Under the pieces are notes generated by a model, which worked only from the letters and a program-made list of their open reading frames with translations, searched no databases and was not told where the DNA came from. From positions 318,705-382,704 of the forward strand of contig JAWAEV010000001.1 of the NCBI GenBank assembly GCA_038891095.1: a DNA stretch of 64,000 bases, read 5' to 3'. A program made the position numbers and the translations under genes. This DNA comes from Candidatus Altiarchaeota archaeon (GTDB taxonomy: Archaea; Altiarchaeota; Altiarchaeia; IMC4; QMZM01). Positions 60,232 to 64,000 of the stretch are shown piece by piece. How positions within the stretch are numbered: position 1 is the stretch's first letter; each line of letters begins with the position of its first letter.

Positions 60232-61601
60232 AAGAATAGATCTCTTTCACCATTTTCTATTCTTTTCAATCTGATTTTTGTCTCATTGCGCATTTTTCTG
60301 TCAGAAATTTCTCTTAGATACTTTTTAATCACTTTTAAACCAATTTTTTTTATCTCAGGGTGTGCATAGTCTTCAAGGTATTCTTTGAATGTTAGGATAG
60401 CATTCGGCCTACAAAGATTATGAATTTTTCCAGATTTCAAAAGCTTCATAATTGTTTCTCCAGTTCTATTAACTCTGTAGCATGCAGTACAAAAACTTGG
60501 CAAGAGACCTTGCTTTAAAACTGACAAAAGAACTTCATCAACTTTTCTATGGTCCTGAATAGAAAATTGCTCTAAAGTATCTTCTTTGCCATAACCACCA
60601 GGATTTGTTCTTGAAGCAGCACTCGTTTGTGAGATACCTATTTCAAATGCTTTTGCCCTTATTTCTGGTCTTTCTCTTGTTGAAATTATCATCCCTGTAT
60701 ATGGAACAGCCATTCTTAAAATTGAAATAACTTTTAGCAACTGATCTTCATTAATTTTATAAGGTAGTTCAAGATCAACTGTTGGCGCTGGTTGAAATCT
60801 TGGAACTGAAATTGTATGCGGACCAACATTATACTCTCTATCAAGATACTGCGAATGAGAAACTAAAGCTAAAGTATCAAATTTATAATCAAACAAACCA
60901 TAAAGAACACCTAAACCAACATCATCTATTCCTGCTTTCATAGCTCTATCATGAGCAAAAATTTGTCTTTCATAATCTGCCTTAGGACCATGATGAAATT
61001 TCTCATATGTTTTCCTATGATATGTTTCTTGGAAGAGTTGATATGTACCAATTCCTGCTTCTTTTAGCTTTCTATAATTCTCAACTGTTGTTGCTGAAAT
61101 ATTTACATTAACTCTTCTTATCTCGCCTTTGCCAGATTTTGTCTTATAAATTGTTTTTATAGCATCAACCACATAATCAATCGTATTTAAAGGATGTTCA
61201 CCACATTCTAACAGAATTCTTTTGTGTCCCATATTTATGAGAATTTTTGTTTGCTCTTCAATTTCTTTGAGTGTTAATTTTTTTCTCCCTGCAGGATTTC
61301 TTTTATGAAAACCACAATAATCACAATCGTTGATACAGAAATTTGATATATAGAGTGGTGCAAAAAAAACAAGTCGTTCTCCATAAATTTCTTTTTTAAT
61401 TTTACCAGAAATTCTAAACATCCTTGCTATTAGATTTTTATCCTCAGTGTTTAGAAGGGTGGCAACTTCCTCTAAACTTAAACCTTTCTTCTTAGAAGCT
61501 TTTTTCAAAATTTCAAGAACAATTTTTTTTGTTGGATTTTTTGTTTCTTCTAAGATGTTAGTTATTTCCTTTTCATTTACAACATCTTTAATATTTGGCA
61601 T
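60228..61601 (-). CDS. hydG: [FeFe]-hydrogenase maturase HydG (radical SAM)
   Basis: CINDCDYC, IRRVNVN, LFQETY, GPHTISVPR, C-terminal CTAC-x22-C (Cx2Cx22C), GERDLFF. Confidence 0.93.
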   Translation of the reverse strand: MPNIKDVVNEKEITNILEETKNPTKKIVLEILKKASKKKGLSLEEVATLLNTEDKNLIARMFRISGKIKKEIYGERLVFFAPLYISNFCINDCDYCGFHKRNPAGRKKLTLKEIEEQTKILINMGHKRILLECGEHPLNTIDYVVDAIKTIYKTKSGKGEIRRVNVNISATTVENYRKLKEAGIGTYQLFQETYHRKTYEKFHHGPKADYERQIFAHDRAMKAGIDDVGLGVLYGLFDYKFDTLALVSHSQYLDREYNVGPHTISVPRFQPAPTVDLELPYKINEDQLLKVISILRMAVPYTGMIISTRERPEIRAKAFEIGISQTSAASRTNPGGYGKEDTLEQFSIQDHRKVDEVLLSVLKQGLLPSFCTACYRVNRTGETIMKLLKSGKIHNLCRPNAILTFKEYLEDYAHPEIKKIGLKVIKKYLREISDRKMRNETKIRLKRIENGERDLFF

Positions 61602-61602
61602 T

Positions 61603-62901
61603 TTAAATTCCTATATCAGTTGGCGCTCTTCCAAGAGAATATAACAAATTTAATGTTCTTTCTATATTTCTTTCAATACTATCTTTATCTCCTGCTCTGT
61701 TTGGATAAATTGAATAAAGTCGTTTGTATTTCTTTGGAGTTAAATTTATCATTAAGGAATTTGCACCAGAGAGTAAGGCTAATTTTGCGCCCTTTTCTTT
61801 GTATAATGTCTCTAATGCAGTCGTAACTAATATTTTAGCATTTGGATTAATAAATCTACTTACTGCGATAACCTTCAAAACAGTGTTAAGTTCTATTGTA
61901 CTAAAATTTGCTAATGGCGTTTTAGGGTTTGGTATAAAAGGTCCAATTGACCACATTTCTGCATTTAAATTTTTTGTCATGAAGATATCATTCATCAAAT
62001 CTTCTTCTTTTTGTCCAGGTAGTCCTATAAGGAATCCTGTTGCAATTAAATATCCAACTTTATTTGCATATTTCAAAATTTGAATTCTTCTCCTAAAATT
62101 CTCTTTTGGACCTGAATGTAGTTTCTTGTATATATGTAAATTTGAAGTTTCAAATCTAAGTAATATTCCTCTTGCTCCTGCAGAATACATTTTTTTATAG
62201 CATTCAATGCTTCTATTGCCAATGCTCATAAACAAAAGCGCAGGGCATCTAAGCTTTATCTTTCTTATAATCTCACAAAGCATTTCATCAGTGTAATAAA
62301 GATCCTCACCAGATTGCAAAACAAGTGCTTTGAAGCCTAACTTATTAACAGCATAATCAGCTATTTCTAAAATTTCATCAATGCTCATTCTATAACGCTT
62401 TAAATTTTTATTCCCTTTTCTTATACCACAATAAAGGCAATTATTCCTGCAATAATTTGAGAATTCTATTATGCCGTGAACACAGCACGAATTCTTCAAA
62501 TTTTTTCTTCTTATGTTGTTTGCAGTTTTAAATAAAAGCTCAAGCTCTTCTTTTTTATTTGTTTTTAGCAATTTCAAAATTTCTTCTCTTTTCAGAGGAA
62601 TTTCCTTTTTTACCTTTTCAATTATTTTTGTAAATTCTGTTTTCTTAGATAGCTTCCTTATGTTTGATATCTTAGAATCAATTTTTTTAAGATCAAAAAA
62701 TGTCTTTTTCCATTCTTTTAGTATTAGTAAAGCATCCTGCTTTGGTATTTTTTGAACTATAAAACCTCCTTGAGCATAAACATAATCTCCTAAGTCAATA
62801 TCAGAAAATTCATTTAGGACTTTTCTTTTTTCTCCAAAATAATCAACTATTGCAAATCTATCCTGAAGAGAGATAACTTTTCCAGGTATCGCATAACACA
62901 T
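61603..62901 (-). CDS. HypC-domain / HydE-like radical SAM fusion
   Basis: N-terminal MCYAIPGKV....AIVDY.G..R.V......GDYV (HypC/HupF); then IEFSNYCRNNCLYCG.R, VLQSGED, LRFET, GPFIP.P.TPL, TTALET, GAN..M.NLTP..Y...YSIYP (HydE). Confidence 0.88.
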   Translation of the reverse strand: MCYAIPGKVISLQDRFAIVDYFGEKRKVLNEFSDIDLGDYVYAQGGFIVQKIPKQDALLILKEWKKTFFDLKKIDSKISNIRKLSKKTEFTKIIEKVKKEIPLKREEILKLLKTNKKEELELLFKTANNIRRKNLKNSCCVHGIIEFSNYCRNNCLYCGIRKGNKNLKRYRMSIDEILEIADYAVNKLGFKALVLQSGEDLYYTDEMLCEIIRKIKLRCPALLFMSIGNRSIECYKKMYSAGARGILLRFETSNLHIYKKLHSGPKENFRRRIQILKYANKVGYLIATGFLIGLPGQKEEDLMNDIFMTKNLNAEMWSIGPFIPNPKTPLANFSTIELNTVLKVIAVSRFINPNAKILVTTALETLYKEKGAKLALLSGANSLMINLTPKKYKRLYSIYPNRAGDKDSIERNIERTLNLLYSLGRAPTDIGI

Positions 62902-63083
62902 AATTAAAGTATTAAATTCGTTACTGAAATTTTAGATATAGTAAATTTAGCGCATGACATTTAAATTAAAAATTTTAAAATTTTATGAAATTCAAGTACA
63001 TGTATTTATTTTTCACTATCATCCAGCTGTTATTTTAAATTTATTTTCAACACACTAATTAGCACTTATTTTAATGAATTCTC

Positions 63084-63830
63084 TTAAGGTTTTAGCACAA
63101 CTAAACCAACATCCTTTCTTATTTCAATTGGATGTATATTCTCTGAGTGCTTAGTATAGCGCATTTTCTGTATTGTCAGGTTGCGGGAGTATTCACCGCC
63201 AACTACCATATACCTTAGAATTATTAAACCATCTACTAAAAATTCAGAGATAGTATCTCTTGAGAAACCACCATGAGACCCGCCAACAAGTTCAGATGTT
63301 AGTATGGATGTACAAGGCAATTTTTTTAGCTCATCAATAATTTTATGCACAAAAATTCTTGTTGCTATAACAATGTTATACTTAGGGCTTGGAACTAGTC
63401 TATCCAACTTGTTTGTTATCATATAATACGTGTCAATGTCTTCCCATGCAATCGGATGCGAAATTATAGATGAAAGAGAATCAACAACAACCCTTGAGAT
63501 ATTACTTGATTTTATTTCTTGTACCATATCATCAAATTTGAATTCTTTTATATCAAAAGAGCTTATCTTTAAAGTTCCGTTATTAATGTATTGCCGAACA
63601 TCCCATCCAAATTTTTCACATTGTAGGAGTATATCATCTAAATTTTGCTCAAATGAAACATATAAACCTCGCTCATTATTTTTTGCTCCTTCAATTAAAA
63701 ATTGCAATCCAAAAATTGTCTTTCCTGTTCCTGGCTCTCCTGAAACCAAAATTGTTGAACCTCTTGGAAAGCCATCTTCAATCAACTCATCCAAACCAGG
63801 TATTCCAGTTTTTACTCTCTCAATTTTCAT
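63084..63830 (-). CDS. KaiC/RAD55-like RecA-superfamily ATPase
   Basis: TGIPGLDEL, GEPGTGKT, SFEQ, VVVDSL, KMRYTKH. Confidence 0.92.
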   Translation of the reverse strand: MKIERVKTGIPGLDELIEDGFPRGSTILVSGEPGTGKTIFGLQFLIEGAKNNERGLYVSFEQNLDDILLQCEKFGWDVRQYINNGTLKISSFDIKEFKFDDMVQEIKSSNISRVVVDSLSSIISHPIAWEDIDTYYMITNKLDRLVPSPKYNIVIATRIFVHKIIDELKKLPCTSILTSELVGGSHGGFSRDTISEFLVDGLIILRYMVVGGEYSRNLTIQKMRYTKHSENIHPIEIRKDVGLVVLKP

Positions 63831-63849
63831 TTCTTTATGTATGAGATTT

Positions 63850-64000
63850 CTATAAATTTACATAAATACTCACAGGAAATGAAATTAAATTCCAACCAAA
63901 ATAAAATGGAAATGAAAAGATAACTCTCTGCTTGCCATCGCAAGTGTATTTGCAACTCCAAGTGCTTAGATCATTCCAATTATCACTTGTATTGCAAGTG
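63850..64000 (-). CDS. C-terminus of a Cys-containing, probably secreted/surface protein (partial)
   Basis: ...TCNTSDNWNDLSTWSCKYTCDGKQRVIFSFPFYFGWNLISFPVSIYVNL*; GWNLISFP is a motif common in archaeal extracellular proteins. Confidence 0.55.
   Translation of the reverse strand, partial: TCNTSDNWNDLSTWSCKYTCDGKQRVIFSFPFYFGWNLISFPVSIYVNL

Noticed and set aside
60228-61601. Alternative annotation as ThiH
   Set aside because: The Cx2Cx22C C-terminal extension and GPHTIS His are HydG features absent from ThiH.

Overview
AT-rich (~30% GC by eye), gene-dense archaeal chromosome segment. Archaeal markers include L35Ae, L31e, S3Ae, aIF6, RFC-L, Hef, Cdc48, Rli1/ABCE1, Pcc1 and BHB-intron tRNAs. The mix with grpE-dnaK-dnaJ, AfpA and anaerobe redox genes suggests a DPANN/Altiarchaeota-like lineage (inference only). 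Most of the window is housekeeping: translation, tRNA modification, repair, chaperones and nucleotide/lipid metabolism, plus four tRNAs (Phe-GAA with a 60-nt intron, Ser-TGA, Gly-TCC, Gln-TTG with a 25-nt intron). I saw no CRISPR array, rRNA, transposase or integrase. Most notable: (1) a two-gene operon encoding a HypC-domain/HydE radical-SAM fusion plus an intact HydG, i.e. a [NiFe]-maturation Fe-carrier domain joined to [FeFe]-maturation enzymes; (2) an unannotated ~210-aa domain shared by a nuclease-fold/PAP2 membrane protein (beside an SPFH gene) and a double-AAA ATPase with degenerate pore loops; (3) a RaSEA-ArcS(DUF5591) fusion for archaeosine synthesis; (4) a GTATA-N5-TATAY operator repeated upstream of three redox/oxidative-stress loci, one beside a decayed HxlR/QsrR-type regulator; (5) a structured leader upstream of TTG-initiated rps15; (6) a half-length PheT and several unannotated small ORFs.
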